Source: Balanoglossus misakiensis (Eukaryota > Animalia > Hemichordata). Taken from it: 64,000 bases of DNA. How positions within the stretch are numbered: the stretch's first letter is position 1; each line of letters starts with the position of its first letter. Of this stretch, positions 50,501 to 63,900 are shown piece by piece. The notes under the pieces are model-generated. The model was given only the letters and a program-made list of their open reading frames with translations, had not been told where the DNA came from and searched no databases. The position numbers and the translations under genes were made by a program. The stretch is taken from the NCBI GenBank assembly GCA_040954595.2, contig CM082582.2, positions 5,502,303 to 5,566,302 of the forward strand. Direction: 5' to 3'.

Positions 50501-53500
50501 TTTTCTTAATAAATTGTACACAATATTTATATACTTTATTAGACTGATATTTTGCAAAAAATTAAAAGCATGTGTATGTGTGAAGCATCAAAAAGCACAG
50601 GTAGGGGTCATTTAATGATTTATCAAAACAAAACAAACAACGACAACTTGACCATGAAACTATGCAAATTGACAGTACCAGCAAAAGCTATACACTGCAC
50701 TGATTCAGATACATGTATCTTAAAATTCAACAGCTTTCCATCATTTCACTCTTAATAAAACTATCCCATTTTGTATTTTGTAAAAAGTGTTTAAAACTTT
50801 TTTTTATTGTTTTGTTTTAATGTGTCCTTCCAAAGGATTACATGTATGCAGTTCAAGGGTAGGATTTGCAGCTGAAAAAGTTTCCAACAATACTTACAAA
50901 CACTTCAATAAATATTATTGATTTTATATAGTGCCTATCCTAGTAACCAAGGTCTGTGTATCGATTCTCATAACAAAACAATGATTGATTTGTTTAAGGT
51001 TAATTTGTCATAGTCTAATGATATTTTTATGTTCCCCTTTATTACATTACAACAGGCAGTGTTTCTCATTCAGTTTTAGTGTTACAAGAATTTAAGATTT
51101 AAAGTGGCAATCAAGATATTCTTCCAATGGACATAAGGACAGAATAACTTTGTGTGAGCCACGTTTCTGAATTGGATTCTGATTTTCATCGTGTGTCACT
51201 TTTGGAGCGTGAAATGCAAAGTGTGAAACTAAGTTAAAACCTTGTTAGCTTGGATTAGAATGAATGACGGTATGCATTGATTCAGGGATTAAAAGTGGAA
51301 ACGTGGATTAAACATAGCCTGTGCTTTTATCAGTTTCTGCCTAAATGCATTGGCCATATTGTTAACTTGTTCATTCCACTGACTTATTCTGAATGCCTGT
51401 TTCACTTTCATGTAGACTTTATGATGAAGTGTCAGACTGGTGTTTGTGTTGATTTAAACAATGCTTCAGAAGACAGCACCGTAGAAATATGTGTATGCAT
51501 TCCCACAGAAATTGAAATTAACCTAACTCTTGAGTAATTTTTTATTCAGTTTTATTAGGTCCAATTTGGTATTCAGAGATTCCATCAGTTAACCCTTTCA
51601 CTACCATGGTTTGGTCCAAATCCGCAATCTCCTCTGGTGAAATTGGACCTCTACAAAGAGAAATGGGGTGAAACGGTTAATGTATACAGCTATAGTGGAG
51701 CAGTACACAGGGGTTAGATCCTAGCCTTGTGACCTCGCTCACAAAAGACTTTATGATCACCATTGTAAAATGATAAATAACAACTACTTCAGTTTGCAGC
51801 CTAGCACGTTGTCTACAATGGTGTTGATGGCTGGGCAGTCGTGAAGAATTCGTCCTTGCAAGCAGGGGTTACTTTTGAACTCTATCGATTTGAGGTCATT
51901 TATAGTGACATGATCCAACATTCAGATTCTGATATCGATGAACTGCATTCTGTTAGCTTTTCATAGAACATTTTCATACCATTTCAGGTATAGGTCATGT
52001 TTTGTTTTCAAAATCATGTCATATCTTTGGAGTTTGAATGAGCTGAACTGATTAAAATCTGTATGAGCATGATTTAATACTAATTCTGTACATTGATAAA
52101 ATTTGAAGAGGTGTTTATTGATGACTTACAAACAAACTGGCATAACACAAATAAAAAGGTGACCCAATTCTAATGAATTCCATCTCGGTCACTTTCTTAG
52201 TCCAAGTGTAGATGAAATTTACTGTCAGAAACAAACATCAAATCTAAACAGAGTTCACTTGAACTTTGTCCTTAAGTGAACTCTGTCTTAAGTGACTTTA
52301 AGTATATACAAAAGGCTTTGATAATCTCCCTTGTGAATAGCTGTTTAGGATATTGACATTGACAATCATTATGTGTATGTGAACTGCAGAAGGGTCACCA
52401 TTATTAGTGCCCTGCAACAGTATAGTTTGGCTTGTAGCAGATCTATAGCTATCATCGGAAATTGACATGTTGTTACCATTATTCTCAATGAAGTTAACAC
52501 AATGCTGGGAGCATCACCTTGCAAAGGTTATTGGCTTCAAAACATTCGTTTTACTGTCGTTCCCATCTGGATTCGAACGATAATGTTGATCTAAATGTTA
52601 CCATACTTGCACATTTGGTTTGCCAAGTTGTTCCTTATCTTACTTCAGTTTCGGCGCCCAGTTGCTGATGTTGCGGTAAATTCAAAGAGGTTATATCGAG
52701 ATTGATAACAATACTAACAGTGGGGTATTACTGGTGTCGTAAGAGGATCGTCTTACACTTTAAACAAACTGGCGAAACATCCTACCATTAATCCTGTTTG
52801 TGTTTGCCGCAAAGCATATAAACTGTACAACAACTGTAGCAAAGTTGGAATCAACTTCACAAACCAATTACACAAGTGTGATAACATTTAGATCAACATG
52901 AACGTTCGAAGCCAGATGGGAACGACTGTAATATCACTGTTTAGAGTTTTAGATTACAAATGTCTTGAAAAGAATCGTTCTCCAAGATAGATGATATCAC
53001 ATGAAATGTTATCAGGGAATGAGACTTTCATTTCCCTTGGTGCAATGCAAACTCATACATGATTCACAGCTTGCATAAGGACGTGCTTTTGTTGCCATTG
53101 TGCAAATAGTAGTGAAAGGTGAGACTGGTTGTAATCCCCAGTAAAGTAAGAAATCCCTGAGGGTTCAACAATTATGAATGTCATACCAAGAGCAATTACT
53201 GGTAGGAATATCTCACAGATCAGCTGTTACATGCTTCTAGGCCTATGGATATTCCATACATGAGAAGCAAATTACCGTTTAATTATTGTTTGCAGAAAGT
53301 CTGGCCTGAAAGAATTAATGTCTATAGCTATGATGTCAATCTCCTAAGGCAAGTTTTGTGCATTATAATGAGCATTCAAAATAAGTACAATGGAATGGTA
53401 TCTGTATATTTTATATACAACTGGTAAAATTCTGGGTAAATTTGGAAAACAAAGGATTATCAGAATTGTAATAGCCTGAATCGTAATACTAACCACAACA

Positions 53501-55315
53501 AAACAGACTCCATCATATGAATGGGGTTAATGGACTATATCTAACGATAATTTGAGTTGCCTCCTGGCTACTAACGTATTACCACTCAGAAGAATGACAG
53601 TTGCGTCAGCTTCTAGTTCTAGTAATAGCTTAGTGAAGTTCTATGCATAGCCATGTTTTAAAATCTTGTATCTGCTGTACAAAACTTGACTGATAACAGT
53701 TTTTACATAAATATTTATATACTGGCATATGCAGACCTTTTTCTAGACTGTATTGACTCAAATTTCACCATTATGTGACAGGAAATAGAGATATCAGGCA
53801 AGACTTGAAATATTGCAAAGGGTTATGAAAACTAACTGAATTTCAAATAACAATAAGTGAATAACTGTATACACTACTGTTATATTGAACAACATATTCA
53901 GAATGGTAAATGGAGGATCCATCGCTAATGCCGTAATGTGCCATCTGCGCTAGGGTTACAAAAGACACTAACTAGCTATGTTACATAAACACATACTGGT
54001 ATATGGGAAAATATGAAATTTGCTGTTAATATATGTTAACACAATCCTGTTGTTTTTGTAATTAAAACATACTTAAACTTCCCAAAATCGTATAGATCAG
54101 AATCGCAATGTTTCACACCTCCAAAAAATTCACAGAATGGATATTTCTGAGGGAAAAAACAGTATATCCAACAGCGGCTGAAAAGTTTATTGACCCTGGC
54201 CAACTCAAACCTTCATGCAAAATACTTGTTTATGAAACGAACATACTGGTAATGTATTTATAGCAATTTAGCAATTATTGTTATTTTAGAATTAAATAAG
54301 CACAGTTGTGGGCATATGTCTTCACTCATTAAAGCGTTCATCAACACACCGCAGATGTTTTGACAATATCTTTGTGCACACATGGGCTTTCAATTCAAGT
54401 CATTAATTATTATTGTAGTGTTTTAAGGGATAAACATTTCATTGATATTCAATTATCAAAAACCCATGTGTACAGACTTGATAAATGTTCTCAACATGTC
54501 AAGTGGAATTGTTGAATTTCTGCATGAAATTTAATAGCCATAACAAAAATTGTGTCGTTACCGGGGTATGTAGTAAAAGTGATCCTTGCTTTGACAGTTT
54601 TCCTGAATGATTATTTTCTTGCATGTAGTAAATTCTGTTGTGTTCATTTGCTTATAGTGTAGGGACTGTAATGTTGGGCTCTTGAAATCCAGGGCAGAAA
54701 AATGATACTTTTTTCTAACAACTGAATTCTTGAAAAAAAAAAATTTGTATATTACCTCAAATTATATTCATTATATATTATATATTATATGTTCAGTAAG
54801 ATCTTGGTATGTTCTTTTTCAGATTAAGCATAATAGCATTTCAAGAACTGATGGACCAGGCTGCTCTCATCATGGTAAGGGATGCTTTCTTAAAACATAG
54901 TAAGAGTTCTCTATCTCGGGTAGCATTTTTGATTTTGCCAACACTTCCAAACAACTTTTGGAAGAATCATTCAGTTTCAAAACTGATGGAATAGTTGGCT
55001 TGCTTTGGCTGGGTGGTATTCGGAAACTACATGAATGTGGTCTAATTTGTTTCAATCAAAATGGGGGTCATTTGCCAGACAAATGGGCGTTCACTCAAAG
55101 TACTGTAGACATAGATGTGGAATCGTTACATATTATATGCTGGCAGTTACTCTTAGAATCCTTGGTATGCTTTGTTGAACACCCAGACCTGTGTGGTAAA
55201 TATCTCAATAAAAGGTATAGACCCATCACATCAAATTTAATTGATCTATGGATTAAGCAACAGTACATACTCTAGGGTAAGGTTTACATTTGGTTTTCTG
55301 AGATAAAATAAGCCC

Positions 55316-55346
<31 letters not shown>

Positions 55347-58300
55347 GCATACACATCTGTTATTTGGTGCCACGGGTTTGAAGATAAATACCAGTGGATG
55401 TTTTTATTCAGGTTTGAGATCGCATGATCCGATAATTATTTTCTGCAACCATTGTCCTTTAATCAGTGTTTTTGTTCAGGGTGGTACCCAGGTAAATGTT
55501 ACTGGGGTTCACCAGTAACCTTACCAGGGTTCCCATTGGCATATCAATGCAGTCTTATTAACAGGTAGCAGAAGCGTTACCAGGGTTCCCAAATCAGTTA
55601 CCTAGTATGTTTCCCAACCTTAGCAAAAACCCTGCCTTAACCCTTTCACCCCCGGTTCCTTCTTTAGAGGTCCAACCTCACCATAGAAAACAATGGGTTT
55701 GGACTGAACCATGGTGGTGAAAGGGTTAATGGGTTATAGACAGCTGAAGGAAGTCTCCATTTCACATTTTACCCATCCCCTGTCTTTAGGTACTGCATTG
55801 TATGTGAATCAATGCTTCTGTGCATTGATGATATCATTGCATGTATGATCAATGTAGCTCACGTTTTATATATGTCATGTGACTTAACTCGCCAGGTGTG
55901 TAATGAATTGAACCGGCCAACACTGCCAAATGTCGTCGAGTGGACCGGTCACCGCGGTCGCTGGGAATGTCAGGTGTCAGAGGTTGCTGGCAGAATCAAC
56001 CAGGTTGGTAGGCCTTTTTAAGGTTTGCTCAGTAAACACAGCATTGTCAGACAATCTTTTAGACGTGTGTGTTTGACACATTCAATGATTGCTGTCTCTA
56101 AGGAGTTTTTAGTTGGGGGAGGGACTGCCATACTCCTGTCTACAGAATATTGTGTTTACTTTATGGGCGTGGACAGGTATTACCTCAAACCAAAATGTTT
56201 ACTGTCTTATTGACTTATATTTGTTATCCTCTAGAGGAATACTGTTTAAAGGTATACGGTCACCTATGCAAATATAACTACAGTTACCATGGCAAATTGA
56301 GATCTAGCCAATCACAGATTTTCAGTGGGTGGCACATGTGAAAAAGGAGCGCCACCATATGTTCTTTAGAATGTTCAAATACGCCATTTCTGACATATAT
56401 GGGCGTATGTAAATTGGAGGTGACCGTATACCTTTAACTGTAGCGTCAGTCATATTATATCATTGTTGTGTTAAAGCTCCATCAGCTGTAACTTTTTTCC
56501 CCTGGAGACTTTAAACATGTTGCTTGACAAATGAAAATTAGAAATCAGAAACATTCATGGCTCGCAAGTATAATACATCACTGACTCTAACTCAACTAAT
56601 CTGTTTTTAGTCACTGGAATATAATGGTTTTCTGTGGGATAAAAGTCGCGGTATATCACAGAAGGATGCCTGGTTGTTAGATCAAGTCAGAAAACCTCAA
56701 CACCAGCAGTTTGCGAGACATCCATACATCGGATTATTTCAGGTAATGAAAGTTCAAACGTAACAAAGACAGTAGTAATGATACAGTCTGTGAAATCTGA
56801 ACAAAAATTCTGCTTTCTCCATGTTCAGAGTTGTTACTTTTATTCAAGTGAAAATACTCTTCCAACAGGTGAACTAAGATTGAAAGACTCCTGGCATAAA
56901 GAGTACTAGTACTCTCCAGAGGAAGGTCATGAAGAGCGCCATCTAGTGACAAATTGTTCACTCCCCTTCAAAACCTTCCGTGTTCTTCTCCCACTACCTA
57001 CTCAAATAATGATTGTCTGCAGTGTGGGATAAGTAAAATAATTTTAGGGAAATACCACTCCAAAATAACTTTTTATAAATATCTGGAGTAGTAAACCATG
57101 GAATATTTAGGATTTTTGCTAACTAGCACACTTGATATGGTTCAGAGAACAGTGTGCATGCCCTCTATGTCAGTGTGATGCGTCACTGACTTTGCAGCGT
57201 GTTGGCTACTCAAAACATTACAGGGATGACACAGAGAATTTGTTTAAAATTTCAAATTTAATAAGCCTTTAAAATATAGCTTGATAGAGGGCAAACTGGC
57301 TCAACATATACATGTTGATTTGGCAAAGTTTTTCGGGAGAATTTCACCAAAGGACAATTGAAACAATAGGGTAGTGGCCTTCGGTTATGGGACAATTTGG
57401 AAATTATCCAATTTACACACTTCTTATAAGCTGCAAAACATTGGTTTGTATACAATTACTAAAATAGTGGCAATGCAAAACTATGTGAAATAATTTTCTT
57501 TGAAGTTTGTGGATCAACAACATTGATTACGCAATTGCGCGTTACTGGAATTTGTGTTATCTATTATATTATTCACTGTTTACAAATGACATTTCTTGTG
57601 GATGTACCAGTTAACAATGTCTTTTATTTTGGCATTGTCTCTGTATAACAGGCGGCGAAGTTAGAAGTGGTACTGGTCAGCGTACACTTACAATTGCCAG
57701 ACTCGCACCACCACACCAAAGATAGAAATCAGGTCAGTGGGTAAAGGTCAACCTTTGTGTCATAAGGTTGATACCAGTTATCATCTCTGGCTGTTGTCTG
57801 TTGACATTCTTGTTTCAGCCGTGTGACTGCCCACTCTGAGTCATGCGCCAGTCAGTCAGTGCTCGTGCATGGACCCTGATTTGAGGTCACATGCCTGGAC
57901 CACTGGCTGGACGCGTGGTCATTTTTTGGTCAGTACTGAGTCACAATTGAAGTTACCCATGTGTGAATGACTCATAGATGCAAATCATTATCTCTTTATG
58001 ATCATCAGGGAATTAATTCTTTCTTGAATATGGTTTTCATCAAACTTGTTTAAAACTGCATTTGGAAGTTAATGCAATGTGGTCATGATATTTACGACCC
58101 GTTTGAATTAAATTAGGAATTTAATTTTGATTTTGACTGCAGGAATTTCACACTGATGTATGTGTTAATCCTTATAAACTTTATTCAACAAATCAGAGAA
58201 AATTATTTCTCTAATATTCTTCACGTGAAATGTTTGCAGTGTTAATAGTGGTTTCTTATTTCTACTTAACATTTTGCAGGATGATGTTAAGAAGCTGCCA

Positions 58301-59517
58301 TATCTGATAGAATCCCTTCAGGAAGAGCTTCCAAGTAAGGACCAATTTTATAGCCATAATGTTTTCTGTAGCATTGTCTTGTACGGCACTTACAGTTATA
58401 TATATGAGTTTCATAATCATATTTACTACAGTTACATATACATGTTTCATAATCATAGTTACATCAGCACCATAGCCTTGTACAAATTGTATCGTTACCC
58501 AACAGTAACTGCCCTTTGCCCTGCACTTTCAGAGTTTGTGCATAATGTCGTAATGTCCATATTAAAAATGGTTTTATTCCTTCTTTGTCTTGCGTCAAAG
58601 CTTTCATAACTTTTTATTTTCAGAAGTCAATGACATATTCATCTGTGGAGACTTCAGCTCCAGTCCAGAAGCATCAGAATTTGCGATCGTGAGGAACCTC
58701 GGATTCAGCAGTTCGGTTCCTGCAGATGCATACACCAACATCCACGCCGGCGACGTAGATGGTTCGCTCTCCCACGACAACATATGGATGAGTAAAGGCT
58801 TGCAGAATGTCCAAACAGGTGGGTGTGGTTGTATATATCTGCAGCCAATCAGCAACGAGCTGTCATTTCTGATGTGTCGTTGACCAATCTGTGTGGCTCT
58901 CTCTGAGAGTTTTTGGTTGATCTTTTAATGCAAAAACTTATATGCAAAATTTCACTGAGTTTTGTTCGGATACCAGGTGTGATAGCAACCCTTTGGTAAC
59001 GTCTGATATCTTATTACTAAAGACATGGTAAGTGTAAAATAGAAGAGATTATGCTGTTCACTGGCAAAAAGATTTCACAAGTGTCAAGTGCTAAGTAACT
59101 GGTAGGTAGGAGGTCTGTCAACCAGTGTGTTATAATCTATTGGAACCACGAACCCCAGGTGAAATAATGGATTCCTTGGAATTTTTTTTGACATTAGGGG
59201 AAAAGGGAGTCATCCGGACTGGCTTACGGCATCCCTGCATTCCCGATGGCTGGAACTGGAATGGTTTCGCATCGGAGCACTGCCCTGTGTGGACGGAAAT
59301 CTTTGTGAGCGAACAGCTGGAACGGAATTATGACACGAACAGTACTGCAGTAAATAATACTACTAGTACTTCCACAGCCCACGATAAAGTCACTGGCAAT
59401 AACCTCATAAACATCCGACACCACCACAGCTACATGGCCATGCTGAATGGACAGATCGATAAGATGGACGACGATCTGCAAAGCAGTGAGGAGGATATAT
59501 TCTTTCCGGCCCTCTAG
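46543..59517 (+). CDS. EEPD1: Endonuclease/exonuclease/phosphatase domain-containing protein 1 (about 637 aa). Coding exons 46543-47513, 54823-54874, 55896-56003, 56611-56742, 57652-57732, 58280-58334, 58624-58818, 59198-59517
   Basis: The MGNN...CC start suggests myristoylation and palmitoylation. Two HhH modules follow (LNINTATEEELMTLPGVTRIVARNIFEYR...GFRKVEDLALVTGVG and DVNTATVVQL), then EEP motifs IGSWNL, IAFQEL, CGDF, HDNIW and IPDGWNWNGFASEHCPVWTE. All junctions are GT-AG and in phase. Confidence 0.94.
47544..47899. mobile_element. Kolobok-like fold-back MITE with TTAA TSD
   Basis: TTAA|AGGGACAAAGT...ACTTTGTCCCT|TTAA; the arms pair over nearly the full length. Confidence 0.85.
51589..51680. 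mobile_element. Diverged piggyBac-like MITE copy in reverse orientation
   Basis: TTAACCCTTTCAC...GTGAAACGGTTAA. Confidence 0.75.
52551..52931. mobile_element. Fold-back element of about 380 bp with long imperfect TIRs
   Basis: GTCGTTCCCATCTGG.TTCGAACG...TGTTGATCTAAATGTTA is mirrored by TAACATTTAGATCAACA...CGTTCGAA.CCAGATGGGAACGAC. Confidence 0.8.
54823..54874 (+). CDS. EEPD1: EEPD1 exon (LSIIAFQELMDQAALIM)
   Basis: EEP QE motif with canonical splice sites. Confidence 0.9.
55464..55634. mobile_element. CAG...CTG-ended MITE, sister of 12590-12748
   Basis: CAGTGTTTTTG...CAAAAACCCTG with shared internal blocks. Confidence 0.65.
55637..55729. mobile_element. piggyBac-like MITE
   Basis: TTAA TSD; near-identical to 38421-38513. 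Confidence 0.88.
55896..56003 (+). CDS. EEPD1: EEPD1 exon (VCNELNRPTLPNVVEWTGHRGRWECQVSE)
   Basis: EEPD1-typical ELNxPTLPN segment; phase 0/0. Confidence 0.92.
56250..56433. mobile_element. Kolobok-like MITE with TTAA TSD
   Basis: TTAA|AGGTATACGGTCACCT...AGGTGACCGTATACCT|TTAA, a perfect 16-bp TIR. Confidence 0.85.
56611..56742 (+). CDS. EEPD1: EEPD1 exon (SLEYNGFLWDKSRGI...RHPYIGLFQ)
   Basis: GFLWD and PYxGxF motifs with canonical splice sites. Confidence 0.92.
57652..57732 (+). CDS. EEPD1: EEPD1 exon (AAKLEVVLVSVHLQLP)
   Basis: EEP 'xHL' strand; phase 0/0. Confidence 0.85.
58280..58334 (+). CDS. EEPD1: EEPD1 exon (DDVKKLPYLIESLQEELP)
   Basis: Canonical splice sites; phase 0/1. Confidence 0.85.
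58386..58463. repeat. Imperfect tandem duplication with a unit of about 36 bp
   Basis: TACAGTTAyATATAy...GTTTCATAATCATA occurs twice. Confidence 0.65.
58624..58818 (+). CDS. EEPD1: EEPD1 exon (NDIFICGDFSSSP...YTNI...HDNIWMS)
   Basis: EEP GDF and DNIW motifs; NAGNAG acceptor. Confidence 0.92.
59198..59517 (+). CDS. EEPD1: EEPD1 last coding exon (GVIRTGLRHPCIPDGWNWNGFASEHCPVWTE...)
   Basis: SEHCPV motif and a TAG stop at 59515-59517. Confidence 0.93.
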
Positions 59518-60127
59518 TTGTAACATGCCGAACGGAAAATATCCGTGGAAAGTGTCAACAGTGAAACAATGTCGCTGGAAAACTTTGAGACTTCACAATA
59601 AATGGGCCGACTACACATGAGTTGTGTTCACTAAAAGTGCCAGAATGTTCCGTTGAAAAAAATGGTAAATTTGACTGATTTTAGAATTTTGCCGCAGCGT
59701 AAGACTGATACAGGGTGATTTTATTCTGAAACATCTCATTGATAAATTTTTAAATTTTTGTTTTCTTTTCCTAAAAAAAAACCTTTCAGTCATATTTACA
59801 TTGTGTTATTTCCTATTTGCTCAGACGGCACAGTGGTGAAGTTGTTTTATATATATATAGGTGTTTTATTTGATATAAAGACAGTAAACTTTCATCCCTA
59901 GGTTCCAACATGGAGGTCCCATCCATATGTTGCAAACAGTAGACTAAACTAGAAAACAAAATACTTGTAGGCTGATGTCAAAGACATTCCCAAAAGATTT
60001 AGTCATATGTGCGCTGTTTCAAACAGCAGTGGCCACAAAAAGTGTTGCAATAAGGGCATACATATCCTTTCATTATTCATATTGCCATGCTGTAAACAGT
60101 AACTATCACCAGATGCTGGTGTTAATT

Positions 60128-60203
60128 TTAACTTTTTCACCCCCAGTTCCCAACTATACCATAGAAAACAATGGGTTTGGAACCATGGTGGTGAAAGGGT
60201 AAA
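60128..60203. mobile_element. Degenerate piggyBac-like MITE copy in the presumed EEPD1 3' UTR
   Basis: TTTCACCCCCAGTTCC...CCATAGAAAACAATGGGTTTGG...AACCATGGTGGTGAAAGGGT. Confidence 0.75.
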
Positions 60204-60817
60204 GAGAGAGAAAAACATAAAACATAAATGCGATCAACTCAAGATGCTGCCAAATTTATTCAAAGTGAAGAATTATATTACTCAGCAGTGTACAGATGTT
60301 TCCCAGCTCTGTTTGTTTACTCGTTTGTTTTATTCTAGTAATTTTATTTCCTTCGAAAGGTGCTGTAAGCTGTGTGCTAACTTTTTACTCGAATTTTGTT
60401 CAGTTAGCTTTGTTCCCAAAATATAGTGTCAGAGAATGTGCTTTCAGCAACACTACCAGACCAGATGAAATTTTAGTGTTTTATTTGTCAGTATTTGTTA
60501 CTTGTCCGAAAGTGTTCCTTTTGCCCAATGCAAGACAAGGTGTTTGTAGAAATGCAAATGTTTATCAAGATGAATTTATGACATGAAAACCAATAGAATT
60601 ACCAGATAATTTATGAAGAATTTATTGATTTTGAAAGATATATAAACAGTCAATGCAAGTCTTTAGATTGATATGGCTAAATTGTGGCAGCAATTTTTGT
60701 CCGTGTCTGTCTTTTTTCAAATGCCCCCTAAAATCCCCACCATAATGGTATAGTCCTGTGTTTCCATTTACAAATAATTGTTTCATTTTGAATTTAACAA
60801 GTAAATAAGTAAAAAGT

Positions 60818-60948
60818 CGCGTAAATTGTTTTTGAAGATAACAGTGCAGTGAATGAAATAAGAGAATGTGAAAATTAATACTCGCGAAACAGTGGCCTCT
60901 CTCGATATCGCGAAAAATTTAATCGCGAAAATAAAGTGTTTTACAGTA
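60818..60948. mobile_element. Right half of the MITE family seen at 14157-14367
   Basis: TGAAGATAAC..TGCAGTGAATGAAATAAG...AATAAAGTGTTTTACAGTA is shared. Confidence 0.85.
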
Positions 60949-63900
60949 CAATGTAGTTACCAGACAATCTTCATGTGATGAAGGGTCTCTGTTAACAATT
61001 GATGTTATTCTAATTGCACATATTTATGTTCTATCAATGTTACTAATATTACTGCAATGCTGTTGTTTCAGTACTGAGAAAAATCTAAGCAACAAGACTT
61101 GCCACAAAGTGACCTTAATTTGACCCTTGACCTTAAACATTATGTTTTAACAAGTATGGTGCTCTAAGTCAATTATAGGTGTGTGCTTTCTTTGTGATAA
61201 AAAAAACTGATCTCCAATGCCCTTTTTCATTTTTTTCTCGATTTGTATAATTTCATGAAGTCAGCTCTCTATTTAACCCTTTGCACAGTGACCCTTTTGT
61301 GACCTATGATGTCATTCAGAAGTTTTATTCTGGGTCGGGTTCAAAGTTCATACAGTGGAGAGCTCTCATCCATAAAATAAAACTGTTTATTCTGCAGTTT
61401 AGTATAAAGGCACTCATGGTTCCAAGTACATGTAACATGATTTTGATGTGTCCCCATGCACATTATGATGTACTGTTTGAAGGAAATGAAATACACTGTG
61501 TGATTGCTGAAACTAGCAATTTAAGATCAATGTGTATAAACTTGCATTGTCAATGTAACATACTTTTTGCGGTCAGTTGACAACAATATATTGAGTGGAC
61601 AGTTTTATGATAAAATAGAATGCCATAGTCATACAGAGAATATGTAAGATATTTCCACTGTTTTGCATAGGTTTGGAAACCTAACCTGTTCAAAGGTACC
61701 GTCTAGTTTCGATTTTGTCAGAGGCAGACCAGATGGAGGGGAGACTCGTGTGAAAACTGTGAATTAATTTTAATGAAATTTGGGTGACAGTGTCAGCAGT
61801 TCAGCAGTTGTAATGACTGGAATATAGCGCCCTCTGTAGACATAATCCTAAGTTACATTGTTTTCATTTTCATGTCAAGCAGCTGAGAATTAAAGGTGTC
61901 CAAGACTTGTAATGTTATTGAATGAATGATGAAAGGTAGATATCAAATATATTATTTGATAATAAAGTGGTATAAATTTCACAAATTTGAATTAGTTAGA
62001 CTTTTACAATGAATTCTTGTTTTTAACTCGCACATGCAGGCATGGTGTAGACTTGGTGGTGTAACCACAGCTGTTCATATTTTCCTGTAATTGTTCCACC
62101 TTTATTAGTTACACAATAAAATACAATGTTGCCATCTGTGGTGTTTGTGATTTTCTTTAAGTATGTACCCGCAGAACATAGACTGGAAAACTGCGCTCTT
62201 TCGCCCTTTCCCATAGGTTTACATTGAGAATAGCTGGAAACCCCAACTTTACTCATAGCTCAGTCAAGCAAAAATAAATTCATCGGTCAAATAAAATCGT
62301 GCGGTCACCGCTGTCTATTTGAGATAATTTTCGCTAAAATATTTGCCCATGGACAAACCATTGGTGGAAAATGCTGACTCAGAAGTTTTCTTCATTATCG
62401 ACGAAATTCGGGCTTTGTATTTCAAACTGACAAGACCCCTATATTTTATAACAGTACGGATGTTCATCATCATCATCAACCGCCCCCCCCCCCCTCCCCC
62501 GCTTTGATTTGTTCAGGCCCTAGCAGTTACACTTTACTGTGAGCATGGTGAGTCTGATCGCAGTTTCGTGGGTCGCGAGCAGGTCGCGTGTCCCGGACCT
62601 GACCCGGGCTTCCTTGATCTGCTCTATATCACATGCAATGGTAAAACAGGATATGATCTGCACATGCGTCGTGCGAATGTAACCTTTCGGCGACGGAAGT
62701 TGCGATCACGTGTGTGTGTGTGATTCTCCGGCAAGACTCAGTCAGGAAAGGCGCTGGCACTCTTTTTCCATCAAATCTTGGCGTGAGGTCGATAATCACA
62801 GCCTAGTCATTTCTACTGTCGTCACCTTGTAGCAAATCACTGTAGATTTCTTCGCAAATGGTTGAACTCCCGACCGACCGGCGATCGACCCGTGTCCGCG
62901 CATCACAGCCATGTGCGTGTGTAAAGACCGGCTCTTCTCAATAGCCATGCGTTGTTCGTTCACAACTGGCCGGGTTGTGTAAGAGGTCTGGCGTGACTTG
63001 GCAGTTTATTGTCCGCCCTAACAAAGCGGTATTTAGTTCCCATGCCAGCGCGTTATGCTAATGAGCTGAATATTAAAATCCGGCGTTGACCGTCATAGTT
63101 GCACTACACACGCCTTCGCCTTCAGTAAGTCAACCGGTACCATCTTCCAACTCGTCAGCTTGCTGCTTTCTCAATCTGGTCTCCCAGTGTAACTAGCCGG
63201 TTACGGTAAGTCGCTTTTCTCCCTTACGTCATCATTCGAGGCACACTTACCGTTTATCCAAACATGCACATGTTTAGTTATAATATAACGGTATCACATG
63301 TCAGATGAACTTGATTTTTATTTTCCTGGTGTGAACTGTTTTGTTTTGTTTTTATCATACCAGATATTTATATATTTATAAAGTAATCACAATGATATAG
63401 CTTTCTGTCAGTCAGGGCGTGCCGGCCGGCGTTTCCAAGGATAAGAGACAATGATCGATACAATGTAGCCATCAATTTGTAACATTTCTGAAATATACCA
63501 AGCGGTCATCATTGCACTGTAATTTAAAAAGGGCGAGATATTTAATTAATCGAAAATTGGTATGCGACGGTTTTAGCTGCATGGATGATCACAATGCCAT
63601 TTGAAAATTTTAAAAGGTACCGGTTCGCGAAGTCGCCGATAGTAAGTGGTGTACTGTGACACGCACATGGTGAATCTTTCCGGGTGACAGACTCGAGGCG
63701 CTACTCGCTGCGGATCGGTCGTTGACCCAGCCCACCTTGTTGAGAACCACTGACGTTCTTCCCGTCATGATCACCTGGTAATTTTTTGCAGACGGCCACA
63801 GAAAACCTTTTTTTGCTGAAATTGGCCATCAATAACCACGGAATTTCAGTCGTCCGACTGACTGTGCGCGGTTGCCATGCCAAGATCGCCTGACAGCGTG

